Assembly: GCA_963796965.1 (NCBI GenBank)
Contig: CAWCNS010000016.1
Span: 1 to 64,000 of the forward strand
Length of the DNA stretch: 64,000 bases
Direction: 5' to 3'
Source of the DNA: Calditrichia bacterium
Lineage (GTDB): Bacteria > Calditrichota > Calditrichia > JAJRVZ01
Within the stretch, counting starts at the first letter, position 1, and every line of letters begins with the position of its first letter. Position numbers and translations under genes: made by a program. Of this stretch, positions 23,887 through 35,159 are shown one piece after another. A model generated the notes under the pieces. The model was given only the letters and a program-made list of their open reading frames with translations. It was not told the DNA's origin and did not search any database.

Positions 23887-24540
23887 TTATTCAGTAATTT
23901 TTCGCTTTACCTCTATTGTAATGTTAATATTAACTTCACTCCCGACAACATCCCTGTAAGTCATTGCAGCTTCCCCGGGCGTTGAAGTACCTGTCCCAAC
24001 ATTATAATCCTTCCGATTTATAGAAAAATTAGATATCTCAAAACTTGCTACTTCATTACTCCCATCAAACACATTTTGCATGTCTTCCGGAATTTGTTTT
24101 ATACCAAGTAATTTAAAAGGTAACTCGATATCATTTTCAATTTCCCTAAGTTTAAATTTACCCTTGGCAACATATTCTCCATTGCCCAGGCTTATAATTT
24201 TTGAACTTTTAAAAGTTATAACAGGAAATTCATCAGTATCGAACCAATCCTCAGTTTTCAGATGCTTGTCTCTGGGCCCCCATCCTGTATTGATGCTGGC
24301 TGCCTGGATGGTTACATTAACGCTGCTGTTGTCAAGATTGTCAGGATCAAAATTTAATTCAATGTCAGATTCATCAAATTTGCCGGTTACCGGAGTCATT
24401 ATATGCCATATTTTGAAATTAACAGACGTATTAGCCTTATCTACATTCCATGCTGTTGCAGATCCGGCAAAACTGCTGCTACTAAAAATTAATGTCAATA
24501 ATAACGCAGTTACCATAAGTTTAAAAACGTATCGCTTCAT
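23887..24540 (-). CDS. YceI-family periplasmic lipid/polyisoprenoid-binding protein
   Basis: WNVDKANTSVNFKIWH, SINTG..RDKHLK..WFD..FPVITFKS motifs; signal peptide. Confidence 0.92.
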   Translation of the reverse strand: MKRYVFKLMVTALLLTLIFSSSSFAGSATAWNVDKANTSVNFKIWHIMTPVTGKFDESDIELNFDPDNLDNSSVNVTIQAASINTGWGPRDKHLKTEDWFDTDEFPVITFKSSKIISLGNGEYVAKGKFKLREIENDIELPFKLLGIKQIPEDMQNVFDGSNEVASFEISNFSINRKDYNVGTGTSTPGEAAMTYRDVVGSEVNINITIEVKRKITE

Positions 24541-24635
24541 AATTTTCCCCCTTTGATTAGTCATGTAGTTTAATTTTGGTATGTGAAACTGAAAGTACGT
24601 GCAATATATTTCTATTTTTATTTTATAATTGTTAT

Positions 24636-24867
24636 CATACGTGTCCGGTTTAAAAGAAAAGTCAATGTTTTAATAGAAAATCTCATCCAAAAATCCCTTC
24701 TCTTCTTCACGAGAAGGGCTCCTCAAAGTCCCTCGCTTTGTAATCCCGAAGGGAACTTCGGGAAGGGAGAGTTCTTTGAATCAAGTTCCCATGTTTGGAT
24801 ATTAATAAAATTATTTGATATCGTGTTGTTTATGAATACATATCTAAATCTTAACCGGACACTTATT
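24636..24867. mobile_element. MITE copy 2 (diverged; 9-bp TSD AATTGTTAT)
   Basis: CATACGTGTCCGGTT..AACCGGACACTTATT flanked by AATTGTTAT at 24627-24635 and 24868-24876. Confidence 0.88.
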
Positions 24868-25036
24868 AATTGTTATTTAATCTTAATGTGCTAGTCTTTT
24901 ATATCTTTTGGATTCATCTGAAACTTGTTATATTTGCGATGTTGATCCTCCTCCTCATTTACTTGATTATAGTATATTTTACTGTCTGTTCTAACAATTG
25001 ATATTTTCTATAATGAGATAGTATGTTAAAATTAAA

Positions 25037-26375
25037 ATGCCTGATTTTTCTAGCGCCCTAATACTGTTTGTATTTAATCTGATAGATATATCATTAGGTG
25101 ATAGCATGGTTCTTGGACAGAACTGGCCCCAATGGCGTGGTCCCCAATCATCCGGTTTCTGCCCTGAGGGCAACCCGCCAGTGGAGTGGAGTGAACATAA
25201 AAATATAAAATGGAAAGTCGAAATTCCGGGAAAGGGTTTTTCAACGCCGATTATCTGGGGGAATCAGATATTTTTAACCACCACTGTTGAGACTGATCGA
25301 AAAGAGCCCTTACTCTCATGGTTTAGAAGTCTCTTCTACCCAGAAAGTGAAGAAGAGACCATACATACAAATATTGTTCATGCGTTTAATGTTTTGTCCG
25401 TAAATCGCCATGATGGAAAAATAATCTGGCAGTGCAAGGTCCGTGAGCAAGTGCCATTGGTTAAAACACACAACTGGGGAAGTTGGGCTTCAAATTCCGT
25501 GGTCACAGATGGAGAAAATGTTTATGCTTATTTTGGATCGCATGGGCTCTATTGTCTGGATTTCCATGGGAATATTAAATGGGAGCGGGATCTGGGTAAG
25601 ATGAATAAAGCCGAGGGATTTGGTGAAGGTAGTTCACCCGCTCTTTATGACAATAAACTGGTGATTCTCAGAGATCACGAGGAACAATCAAAACTGATTG
25701 CCCTGAACAAAAAAACAGGAGAGACCATATGGGAGGTGAATCGTGAAGCAAATACATCATGGTCTTCTCCATTAATTATAGATGTCGAAGGATATTATTC
25801 AGGTTATTACTACTGAAACAAACTGGGTGCGGAGTTATGATTTAAATTCCGGGGAGTTGATCTGGCAATATTCCGGTCTCTCTGCATATCCCATTCCCAC
25901 ACCCCTCGCTTCTGATGGCATTATCTATGTGATGAACGGCTATGAGGGATTTAAAGTACTGGCTATTGATCCGGTGGAGGCAACAGGTAACATAACCGGA
26001 TCAAAATCCATCATTTGGCAATACGATAAAACCGCTCCTTATACACCGTCTGCATTGCTTATAGAAGGTTTGCTTTATTTTCTACATAATGAGCAGGGCC
26101 GGTTAACTTGCCTGGATGCTATAACTGGAAAAGAACATTATTTTAAAAAACGGCTGAGTAAAACAGGCTATGTCCTGGCATCACCGGTTGGAACAAATAA
26201 GCACATCTACATTGTCGGTCTTAAGGGCAGAACGCATGTGATCAAACATGGACCGGAATTTAAGGTACGCGCTGTAAATAAGCTCAATGACCATTTTCCA
26301 GCCTCACCGGCAATTGTAAATGATTGCCTTTATTTAAGGGGAGTTAAATACCTTTATTGTATTGCTGAAAAATAG
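25037..26375 (+). CDS. PQQ-like beta-propeller repeat protein (frameshift ~25790)
   Basis: NWPQWRGP, WKVEIPGKGFSTPIIWG, GEGSSP and FPASPAIV motifs. Confidence 0.88.
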
Positions 26376-26716
26376 CGTGATACGATAAGAAATATAAAAG
26401 ATCAATCTCTGGTTTTACAATGATTTTAGAATGTGAGCAATCTATTTTTATTTGAGTCTATAAATTTGTATTTAGGATTTTCCTTCCGGTAATCACATTA
26501 TTTATTATTCAGATGTTCCTCTAATAGCGTAGGTGTTTCCCTCCTCTGTTTTTTGATCCACGATAGATCAGATTTTGTGTGCAAATAAAATTAAAGTAAT
26601 ATTTATTACATCCTATTTGGTTTTTATTAGTTAAGTATGGTCTGATTTGCCCATGGAATTAAATCTATATAATTTTAATTATTAATGTTATATATAGGGG
26701 AAGTGAATAGGCTATT

Positions 26717-28477
26717 ATGAAATTATATAATATATATATCGTCGTGATAATTTTAATTAAAGTACTTAATGCTGGTATTTTGCCCCAGGAGCGTCGTATA
26801 GATTGGACGCCGGGCCTTCAGGGTGAATTTCCGGATAAATCACACAAGATCAATGTTCGGGATTTTGAAGCCAAAGGTGATGGTGTAAGTGATGATACGC
26901 AGGCCTTCCTTGATGCCATAAAAGCAATAGCGGAGGAAGGGGGAGAGATTTTTATTCCGGAAGGATCCTATCTGATTAAACAACCCCTTACAATTGATAG
27001 AGGTATTCTTTTTAAAGGAGAGGCTGCTGATAAAACGCGACTGTTTTTTGACCTGGCCAAACAGAGTAAGAATTGTATTACCTTTGTGAAAATTGATCAT
27101 AGTAATTGGGTCACGATCAAAACGGGTTACAAAAAAGGATCACAAAAATTGGTGGTTGATGATCCTGGCATATTCCAGGCGGGAGATTTTGTTGAAATTC
27201 AGCAGGAGAATGATCCGGAGATTATGTATACCAATAAGGATTGGGAGCAGCCCTGGGCGCAGAATGCCGTTGGACAAATCTTGAAAATAGATGCGGTTAA
27301 TCAGGATACGTTACTTCTTAATAAACCTCTTTATATGGAATACCGCCTGGATCTAAATCCAAAAATCCGCACGATAGGTATGGTTATGTATCCTGGGGTA
27401 GAAGATCTATATATTAAACGGCTGGATGCCGGCGATGGGCACACCATTGAAATGCGCTATACTGCCTTTGGAAGGGTACAACGAATTGAAAGCGCGTTTA
27501 CCTATCGTACCCATATTTACTTATGCGAGAGTTATGGTTGTGAAATACGCAATAACTATCTACACCATTCTCATGATTATGGAGGCGGTGGGCATGGGTA
27601 TGGTGTTGATGTCATATTACATTCAACGGATAATCTGATTATAGACAATATATTTAAATACCTCCGTCACTCGATGATGACCCATGTGGGGGCAAGCGGA
27701 AATGTCTTCGCTTACAATTTCTCAACAGAACGGGAACCGCAAAATTTGTGTGATATATCCCTTCACGGTCATTACGGCAATTATAATCTTTTTGAATCCA
27801 ATGTCATCGAAGAAATTAATGTCTCTGATTACTGGGGACCTATGGGGCCGGGCAATACCTTCCTGAGAAATAAAATTACCGAGGAGAATATTCAAATTAG
27901 AGATGATTCACACGACCAGAATTTTATTGGGAATGTTCTCCTGGCGAATAGTAGTATCCGTATTTTTCCTGATGTAAATGGAACGTTTGTCCATGGAAAT
28001 ATTATTAAAGATATGGTAGATTGGGATGATGATACGGACGACAGAGAGATACCTGTATCCTATTACTTGCAATCTAAACCGCAGTTCCTGATGGATATCC
28101 CCTGGCCGCTCTTTGGCCCGGATGTGAGTGAAGACTATATACTTCCTGCCCAGATGCGATATGAAAGCGGTTCACCTATAACAAATATCAAAACATTCCC
28201 ACCCACGATACCGAAAGGATATAACCTGCGGGTATTTCCAACACCCTTTAATCCGGAAACAACCATATATTATACGTTACGGGAACAACAGGAGGTGAAA
28301 ATTCAGATTTACACGATCCGTGGTCGTTTATTGACCACGTTAGTTGATTCTATCAAACCAGCCGGTACCCATATCGTCAATTTTCAACCGGATAAACAGG
28401 TAGCTTCCGGTATCTATTTCGTAACAGTCAATACCGAAAAAGTATTTTTAATCCAAAAAGTTATTTTGATCAAATAG
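26717..28477 (+). CDS. Pectate-lyase-superfamily beta-helix protein with T9SS-like C-terminal domain
   Basis: INVRDFEAKGDGVSDDTQAF N-terminal motif; C-terminal FPTPFNPET..ASGIYFV..KVILIK. Confidence 0.85.
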   Translation: MKLYNIYIVVIILIKVLNAGILPQERRIDWTPGLQGEFPDKSHKINVRDFEAKGDGVSDDTQAFLDAIKAIAEEGGEIFIPEGSYLIKQPLTIDRGILFKGEAADKTRLFFDLAKQSKNCITFVKIDHSNWVTIKTGYKKGSQKLVVDDPGIFQAGDFVEIQQENDPEIMYTNKDWEQPWAQNAVGQILKIDAVNQDTLLLNKPLYMEYRLDLNPKIRTIGMVMYPGVEDLYIKRLDAGDGHTIEMRYTAFGRVQRIESAFTYRTHIYLCESYGCEIRNNYLHHSHDYGGGGHGYGVDVILHSTDNLIIDNIFKYLRHSMMTHVGASGNVFAYNFSTEREPQNLCDISLHGHYGNYNLFESNVIEEINVSDYWGPMGPGNTFLRNKITEENIQIRDDSHDQNFIGNVLLANSSIRIFPDVNGTFVHGNIIKDMVDWDDDTDDREIPVSYYLQSKPQFLMDIPWPLFGPDVSEDYILPAQMRYESGSPITNIKTFPPTIPKGYNLRVFPTPFNPETTIYYTLREQQEVKIQIYTIRGRLLTTLVDSIKPAGTHIVNFQPDKQVASGIYFVTVNTEKVFLIQKVILIK

Positions 28478-28551
28478 TATTATTATACAATACCAAAAGA
28501 AAAAGCCTTTGACAGGTTTATCATACATAAAAATAGCAAAATCGGAAGAAT

Positions 28552-28580
28552 TTGCATTCGACTTTTGCTTCCTATATATT
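28552..28580 (+). promoter_or_regulatory. Sigma70-type promoter for a candidate small RNA
   Basis: TTGCAT-17 bp-TATATT. Confidence 0.55.
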
Positions 28581-28584
28581 ATAG

Positions 28585-28712
28585 GGTCACGTCATCAAGA
28601 ACTATAATTTGCCGAGGTCCGGACTGGAGCTCGATTCAGCCTGGCCGGAGCTAATCATTAACCGTCGGCGTGACCGGAGAGTCCGCCACACCATGACGGA
28701 CTTTCTTTATTT
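28585..28712 (+). ncRNA. Candidate small structured RNA of unknown family
   Basis: Promoter, 9-bp closing stem GGTCACGTC/GGCGTGACC, internal bubble, apical stem, and terminator 28677-28712; no ORF. Confidence 0.5.
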
Positions 28713-29062
28713 CTGCCTTTTATTCAACGGAAATTGATTTTTTATCCTGCTTTGAGATCCTTCTAAAGCCATTGCATCAGGAAATGTCATTCTTAATGGC
28801 TTAATTTCCCGAATTCGCTCATTAGTCGATATTTTCCCTAATGCCCAGTTGACGACAAAGGAGTTAGTTGATGCGATTGGGAAATCGCGATCTATTAGTG
28901 ACTTGGTAATTGGACATTTCTTGTTGGATATTGGATATCAGTAAGACTATATTTAAATCTCAGATTTTTAATTGAAACTTTCTTAAATTTTACCTCTTTT
29001 ACTTACATTCCATTAAAATTTAATCGGTACATGTCTGCATCTAATAATAATACTGCAAACAT

Positions 29063-30677
29063 ATGGGGAAGAATATGAACAGAAAACAGCTGATTATCTT
29101 CACATTATTAATTTTCACTGGGACTGTTATTTCCCAGGAGCAAACACCTTTTGGAAATTATTCGGACCGTTCGGATGGGTGTACCACTGTTACAGTCGGG
29201 AAAAAAGCTTCTTTCGATGGCTCGGTAATGACCTCGCACACCATGGACGGTCATCGGGACCGGGTGTGGGTTGATATTGTTCCGGCCAAAGATCACCTAC
29301 CGGGATCAAAAAAGGCGGTGATGAAACGCATTGATATCGATACAACGGCTATGCCATCACATCTTTGGCAGTCGGCTGGTGAGATTCCCCAGGTTGCCCA
29401 TACCTATGGTTATATCAATACAACGGTTCGTTGTATGAACGATCAACAATTTGCCATGGGTGAATCGACCTTTGGTGGAAGGGAATCACTGCACTCAGAA
29501 GAGGGATTAATTCAATATGAAACCTTAAGCGAATTGTTGATTGAGCGTTGCCGCACGGCTCGGGAGGCCATTCAGGTTGCAGATGATTTAACAAAAAAAT
29601 ATGGCTGGGCTAGCTGGGGAGAAGTGTTTACCTTTGCTGATCCGAAAGAAGTATGGCATTTTGAGATAATTGGGCCGGGGAAGGGAAAAATTGGTGCCAT
29701 TTGGGTCGCCCAACGGGTACCCGATGGCCATGTCTCTGTTGATGCCAATGCCAGCCGGATCCGTCAGATAGATCTGGATAATCCGGATATGTTTCTCGCT
29801 TCTGACAATGTCTTCCAGGTTGCTCAGGATAGTGGCTGGTGGAATCCGGATGAGGGTCCCTTCGAATTTTGTTATGCCTATGATCCCGACGGGCGAGACA
29901 GCTTTTCAGCCCGACGCCGGGAATGGCGCGCTCTTATCCCTGCTCGCCCCCTCATTGGATCTGAAACCCAATGCAGAAAATTATCCCTTCTCGATAAAAC
30001 CGGACAGTTTGGTTACCTTGAATAAGATGGTGCAAATTTTCCAGGATTATTATGAGGGTACAGATTTTAATCCGGTAAAAAATATCACCTGGCAAAATCC
30101 TGATACAAAAAAACATGAAATTTCACCGCTTGCCAATCCTTTTATGCCCTATGATATGCTTCATTTATTTAAAGTTAATGGCGGTTGGAGCTGGCGTGGT
30201 GAACGAACCATTGCCCGCTGGTATACCCAGTATGCAACCATCATTCAATGCCGGGATTGGCTGCCCGATCCCATTGGCGGTGTGGTCTGGCTGGCCTGGG
30301 AAAATGTGGCTACAGCCGTCTACACACCAGTCTATTGTAGAAATACCGATGTCCCGGAATCATTTAAGGTTCCGGCCAGGTTAACAGGCTATACGCGGGA
30401 CTCGGCCTGGTGGGCATTTAACCGCTTGAGCACCTTAACCGCCCAACGCTGGGGGGATATGCGCTGGGATGTGGAGGCCGTTTGGAAACCGATGCAGGCT
30501 GGATTGTTCACTGATCAGAAAAAGTTAGAGGAAGAGGCCCTGAATCTATATAATGAGAATCCACAGAAGGCTGTAACGTATTTGACGGACTATAGCCTTA
30601 AAAAAGGTGAATTGGCCGTGCAAAAGGCCTGGAAATTGGGAGATTTCTTGTGGACGAAGTATGATGAGAAATTTTGA
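29063..30677 (+). CDS. Peptidase C69-family dipeptidase (frameshift ~29935)
   Basis: GCTTVTVGKKASFDGSVMTSHT, MNDQQFAMGESTFGG, WVAQRVPDGHV and SAWWAFNRL motifs. Confidence 0.9.
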
Positions 30678-30974
30678 GTTCTTTTATCTTAAAATGTGCC
30701 ATCCTGTAAGGATCTTTCTTCTTGTCGCCTCTGTATCGACACTTAGGAAGATTCCTTTCCCAAGACGCGATCCCTTTCCGGGACGGAATGACAGTAACAA
30801 AAGTATTTATCACAATTCATGGATTCTCATTCCCTACGGCTTAATACATGAGAGACGGCCCACCCCGTATAACGGGGACTGCGACACGGGCCGTCTCTGC
30901 AATCCTCTTTCTGAGCTCTTTGCTGCTCGCTTAATGCTCTACGCTATACGATTCTGCCGATCAGTAATTTGCCG

Positions 30975-31220
30975 CTACCTGAACATTATGTAGATGTAAT
31001 CTTGCCACAACCCTGAAGAAGTCCGTTTAAACCATTCATCCCCAATCTTTGCCACTACTGAAACGAAACCGCGTGGTACAATGATCTCCGGATCAGCGGG
31101 TGGCGGTGGTACCTGTAGTATATAGGTGTAAGGTACCACAAGAGGATCACCAATGATTTGTACATCGTGGCGGGCAAGAATAACATCATAATCAATTAAA
31201 CGAATATCGTCATAAGCGGC
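30975..31220 (-). pseudogene. Internally deleted remnant of an endonuclease/exonuclease/phosphatase-family gene
   Basis: Manual translation: AAYDDIRLIDYDVILARHDV..IVPRGFVSVVAKIG, then in another frame WFKRTSSGLW. No start or N-terminus. Confidence 0.5.
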
Positions 31221-31334
31221 TCATTGATCATTTGTCATAGTTTTGTCAAAAAAGATTCATAAATAAGTCTCAGAAATTATTGCATAAAATTATAGAATCC
31301 TCTATAATTAACAATCACCTCATGAGGTTTTTCT

Positions 31335-32496
31335 ATGCAATTCCATTTTGCCAAAATACCGGAAATTATATTTCAATCAGGTGCCTTCAATACACTTCCT
31401 GAAATTATTGAAAGATTTGGATCTAATGTCTTGATCATACTCGATCCCTTTTCTGTGAAATCCTCAGAATTATTTTCCGATTTTAAAGCAAACGCGATTG
31501 CCTTTCATGCCTATGAAGTTAGTGGTGAACCTTCCCCAGAACGGATTGATACTATTGTAGCAGAGTTAAAGAATCGGAAATTCGATGTGGTTATTGGTGT
31601 AGGAGGGGGTAGTGTCGTTGATACGGGTAAAGCAGTATCGGCTATGTTAGGTAAAGAAGAATCGGTATTTGACTATCTGGAAGGCGTCGGAACCCGGGTA
31701 CATGATGGATCCAAGGTACCGTTTATCGCTGTACCAACCACCGCCGGAACCGGAAGCGAAGCGACAAAAAATGCTGTACTCAGCCAGGTTGGAGAAAAAG
31801 GATTCAAAAAATCAATTCGACATAATAACTTTGTTCCTGATATTGCACTCATCGATGCGGAATTGAGCCTCACCTGTCCGACCGGGGTTACAGCAGCCTG
31901 TGGGATGGATGCATTTACCCAGCTATTAGAATCCTATGTTTCCACTAACGCTTCACCAATGACTGATGCTCTTGCCTATGATGGATTGCGAATCATGAAA
32001 GATCATTTAGTCCTGGCAGTCGCAGAGGGAAACGAAAATTTATCGGCCAGAGAGGCGATGAGTTATGCCGCCTTAATGTCCGGCATTACATTGGCTAATG
32101 CCGGATTGGGTATTGTACATGGTCTGGCATCTCCCATGGGAGGCTTCTCGGATATCGCTCACGGCGTGGCGTGTGGTACACTCGTAGGCATTGCTACCAA
32201 AATTAATATTGATAGATTACGAGAAGAAGGCGAATCAGGAGAAGAATATTTAAAAAAATATGCAGCAATCGGGCGGTTGTTCTCCAATGATAAGTGTGAT
32301 GACCTTAATGAATGCTGTGATTTTCTGGTTGATAAAATTGAGTCGTGGGTCGATACACTTGGAAATACCGCGTTTAAATAAGTATGGATATGATAACGCT
32401 TTAATTGAAAAAATCATTGAGGGAACGGGGAATAAAAATAATCCGGTTCATCTATCAAAGTCAGATATGAGACATATTTTGGAGGAACGGATTTGA
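31335..32496 (+). CDS. Iron-containing alcohol dehydrogenase (frameshift ~32360)
   Basis: GGGSVVDTGKA, PTTAGTGSEAT, GMDAFTQLLESY, GLGIVHGLA, HGVAC. Confidence 0.93.
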
Positions 32497-32867
32497 AACT
32501 TTTGTGAAGCGTGAAGCGTGAAGCGTGGAGAGTAGAGCGCAGAGAGAAGAGAGAAAAGGGAAAAGTGAGAGAGTCGTGTCGGGTGGTCCGTGACAAAAAA
32601 GATAGTGAAATTTGCCGTCAAATATGGTCCTTAGAGTAGGGCGACACAAATGTCCGCCCTGAAAAAATTATTACATTTTTGAATATTCAATGTTCAACGG
32701 ACGTGAAATGTCAATCGTATACCATCGTGATAGTAGGGGCAGATCCTTATCAGCAAAATAATAAAAGATATTCGTAAAATTCGATCAAATTAGTGTAATT
32801 ATAGATAAAATAATTGCTGAAATCAGGTCAATCCGTGTCATCCGCGTTCTATAAAACAGGAAAAATT

Positions 32868-34547
32868 ATGACTATTTCAAACAAATTAGTTGCTGGTGTC
32901 GATTATGGCACCGATTCCGTACGTGTTGTTATTGTCGATGCAGAAAATGGCAATGAATTGGCCTCGGCTGTGGAGACCTATCCCCGTTGGACAAAAGGGA
33001 AGTATACCTATCCTGCTAATAACCAGTTTCGTCAACATCCTCTGGATTATATTGAAAGTCTTGAAACAGCATTCAAGGCTGCATTGGCTGATGCTCCTGA
33101 AGGAAGCGCCGATAAAATAATTGGAATTTCTTTGGATACAACAGGATCCACCCCCGGGCCAGTCGATAAGCAGGGAACGCCATTGGCGATGACAGCGGGA
33201 TTTGAAGAGAATCCAAATGCCATGTTTGTTCTCTGGAAAGACCATACGGCTGTTAAAGAAGCTGAGGAAATTAATGACAAATCAAAAAACTGGGGTGGTG
33301 AGGATTTTACCAAGTTTGAAGGGGGTATCTATTCCTCAGAATGGTTTTGGTCAAAAATTCTACATATACTTAGAGTCGATCCTGAAGTCGGCGATGCCGC
33401 CTATTCCTGGGTTGAGCACTGTGATTGGATTCCGGCGCTGCTCACAGGTGAGACAGATCCTTTAACATTAAAAAGGAGCAGAACAGCGGCCGGACACAAA
33501 GCCATGTGGCATGCCTCCTGGAATGGCCTGCCTTCAGAAGAATTTCTTGTGGCTGTCGATCCTCTGCTGAAAGGCCTCCGGGCGAGATTGTATGAAGATA
33601 CATTTACAGGTGATACGCCGGTGGGTACTCTCACCTCAGAATGGGCTGAGCGCCTGGGTCTTTCCACAGATGTGGTTGTCGGTGTTGGGGCATTTGATGC
33701 GCATTATGGCGCTATCGGAGCGGAGATCGAAAAAAATACCCTGGTTAAGGTGATGGGCACTTCAACCTGTGATATGATTGTGACAGAGATGCCTGAAGGC
33801 GGAGAACATCTGGTAAAAGGTATTTGTGGGCAGGTTGACGGTTCAATCTTACCAGGACTTCTTGGAATGGAAGCCGGACAATCCGCTTTTGGCGATGTTT
33901 ATGCCTGGTTTCGTTCCCTGCTGATGTGGCCCATGGAGAAACTATTGGCTTCCTATCCGGCTTTATCGCCTGATTTTAAAGATAATATCATCAATAAAGC
34001 CCATGATGATATAATTCCACTCCTGTCCAAGGAAGCAGAAAAATTACCAATCGATGAGTCGGGTTTAATTGCTCTTGATTGGATGAACGGCCGACGCACA
34101 CCGGATGCCAACCAGAGATTAAAAGGTGCCATTACCGGAATCAATCTCGGTTCAGATCCACCTCGAATATTCCGGGCACTCGTTGAAGCGACAGCCTTTG
34201 GCTCAAAGCGTATCGTGGAACGATTTGAGGAGGAAGGGACTGTAATAAATGGCATTATTGCCATTGGCGGCATTTCTAAAAAATCATCATTTGTCATGCA
34301 GGTCACAGCCGATGTCCTAAACAGGTCCATCAAAGTGGTTAGTTCTGAGCAAACCTGCGCATTGGGTTCTGCTATGGCCGCTGCTACAGCAGCAGGGTTA
34401 TATTCCTCCATTGAAGAGGCTCAAAAAGCCATGGGTAGCGGTTTTGAGTCAACCTACGAGCCCATCCCAGAGAATGCCAAGAAATACCAGGCATTGTATG
34501 AGAAATATGTGAAGTTGGGACAGTTTATCGAGGATGAACTTACATGA
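32868..34547 (+). CDS. araB: Ribulokinase
   Basis: GVDYGTDSVR, FRQHPLDY, LWKDHTA, YSSEWFW, EAGQSAFGD, DWMNGRRTP. ATG at 32868 follows an AGGA RBS. Confidence 0.93.
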   Translation: MTISNKLVAGVDYGTDSVRVVIVDAENGNELASAVETYPRWTKGKYTYPANNQFRQHPLDYIESLETAFKAALADAPEGSADKIIGISLDTTGSTPGPVDKQGTPLAMTAGFEENPNAMFVLWKDHTAVKEAEEINDKSKNWGGEDFTKFEGGIYSSEWFWSKILHILRVDPEVGDAAYSWVEHCDWIPALLTGETDPLTLKRSRTAAGHKAMWHASWNGLPSEEFLVAVDPLLKGLRARLYEDTFTGDTPVGTLTSEWAERLGLSTDVVVGVGAFDAHYGAIGAEIEKNTLVKVMGTSTCDMIVTEMPEGGEHLVKGICGQVDGSILPGLLGMEAGQSAFGDVYAWFRSLLMWPMEKLLASYPALSPDFKDNIINKAHDDIIPLLSKEAEKLPIDESGLIALDWMNGRRTPDANQRLKGAITGINLGSDPPRIFRALVEATAFGSKRIVERFEEEGTVINGIIAIGGISKKSSFVMQVTADVLNRSIKVVSSEQTCALGSAMAAATAAGLYSSIEEAQKAMGSGFESTYEPIPENAKKYQALYEKYVKLGQFIEDELT

Positions 34548-34562
34548 TTAATTGATTCCCCT

Positions 34563-35130
34563 TCTCACGCAAAGGCGCAAAGCCGCTAATAAAAAGATTA
34601 AGGAAATTAAGGTAATTAGGTAATAAGGTAATAAGTAAGGTAATTAGGAATAAGGGATATAATGAGAGATGCTTTCAGGAAGGACCGGTACTCCAACGGG
34701 CCCCGAATCGAATGTCGGAACTAATGCCGGGTAAAATAGAAAGTAATAGTGGAAGGTCATTCCGAACTTGTTTCGGAATCTATACTTTCGAATTTATGAG
34801 ACAAATTAGATGCTGAAACAAGCCTGTCCTGGCGACAGACCAGGATTCAGAATGACCGAATCAATGCCAGTTGTATGTACATGGCCTAATTAAACTTGGC
34901 GCCTTTGCGTCTTTGCGAGAAAAAAGAAATAGACATCCAGATAAAAGCGAGGAGCGAAGAGAGAAGAGCGCAGAGCGGAATGATGATCCACAAATTATAA
35001 TAAATACTTTTGTCATTGTCATTCCTAAGGAATCTTCCTGTGTGTTAATACTGAATTGACAAGAGGGAGGATTCTTGCAGAATAACATTATTAAGAAATA
35101 AACGCTGCGCCCTTTGCGCCGCTGCGTGAA
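34563..35130. repeat. Intergenic mosaic: CGCAAAG inverted repeats, TAAGGTAA-like tandem, GTCATTCC..GAATGAC palindromes
   Basis: tctcacgcaaaggcgcaaag / ctttgcgtctttgcgaga; gtcattccgaacttgtttcggaatc; gtcattcctaaggaatc. Confidence 0.8.
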
Positions 35131-35159
35131 AAAAATATAAATAAACAGGAATGACGTAA

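Noticed and set aside
28585..28712. SAM-I/IV, glmS or fluoride riboswitch
   Set aside because: Only scattered words match (ATCAAGA, GGACTGG, GAACT). Core motifs such as GCAACC/GGTGC, AGCGCC and GATG are missing.
32886..34411. Antisense and alternate-frame ORFs overlapping well-supported genes (here and throughout)
   Set aside because: Shadow ORFs without recognisable motifs.
34660..34700. Glycine riboswitch-like words (GAGAGA, TTTCAGG, AAGGAC)
   Set aside because: Too short, lacks the P2/P3 stems and the CCGAAG motif, and the downstream gene is unrelated.
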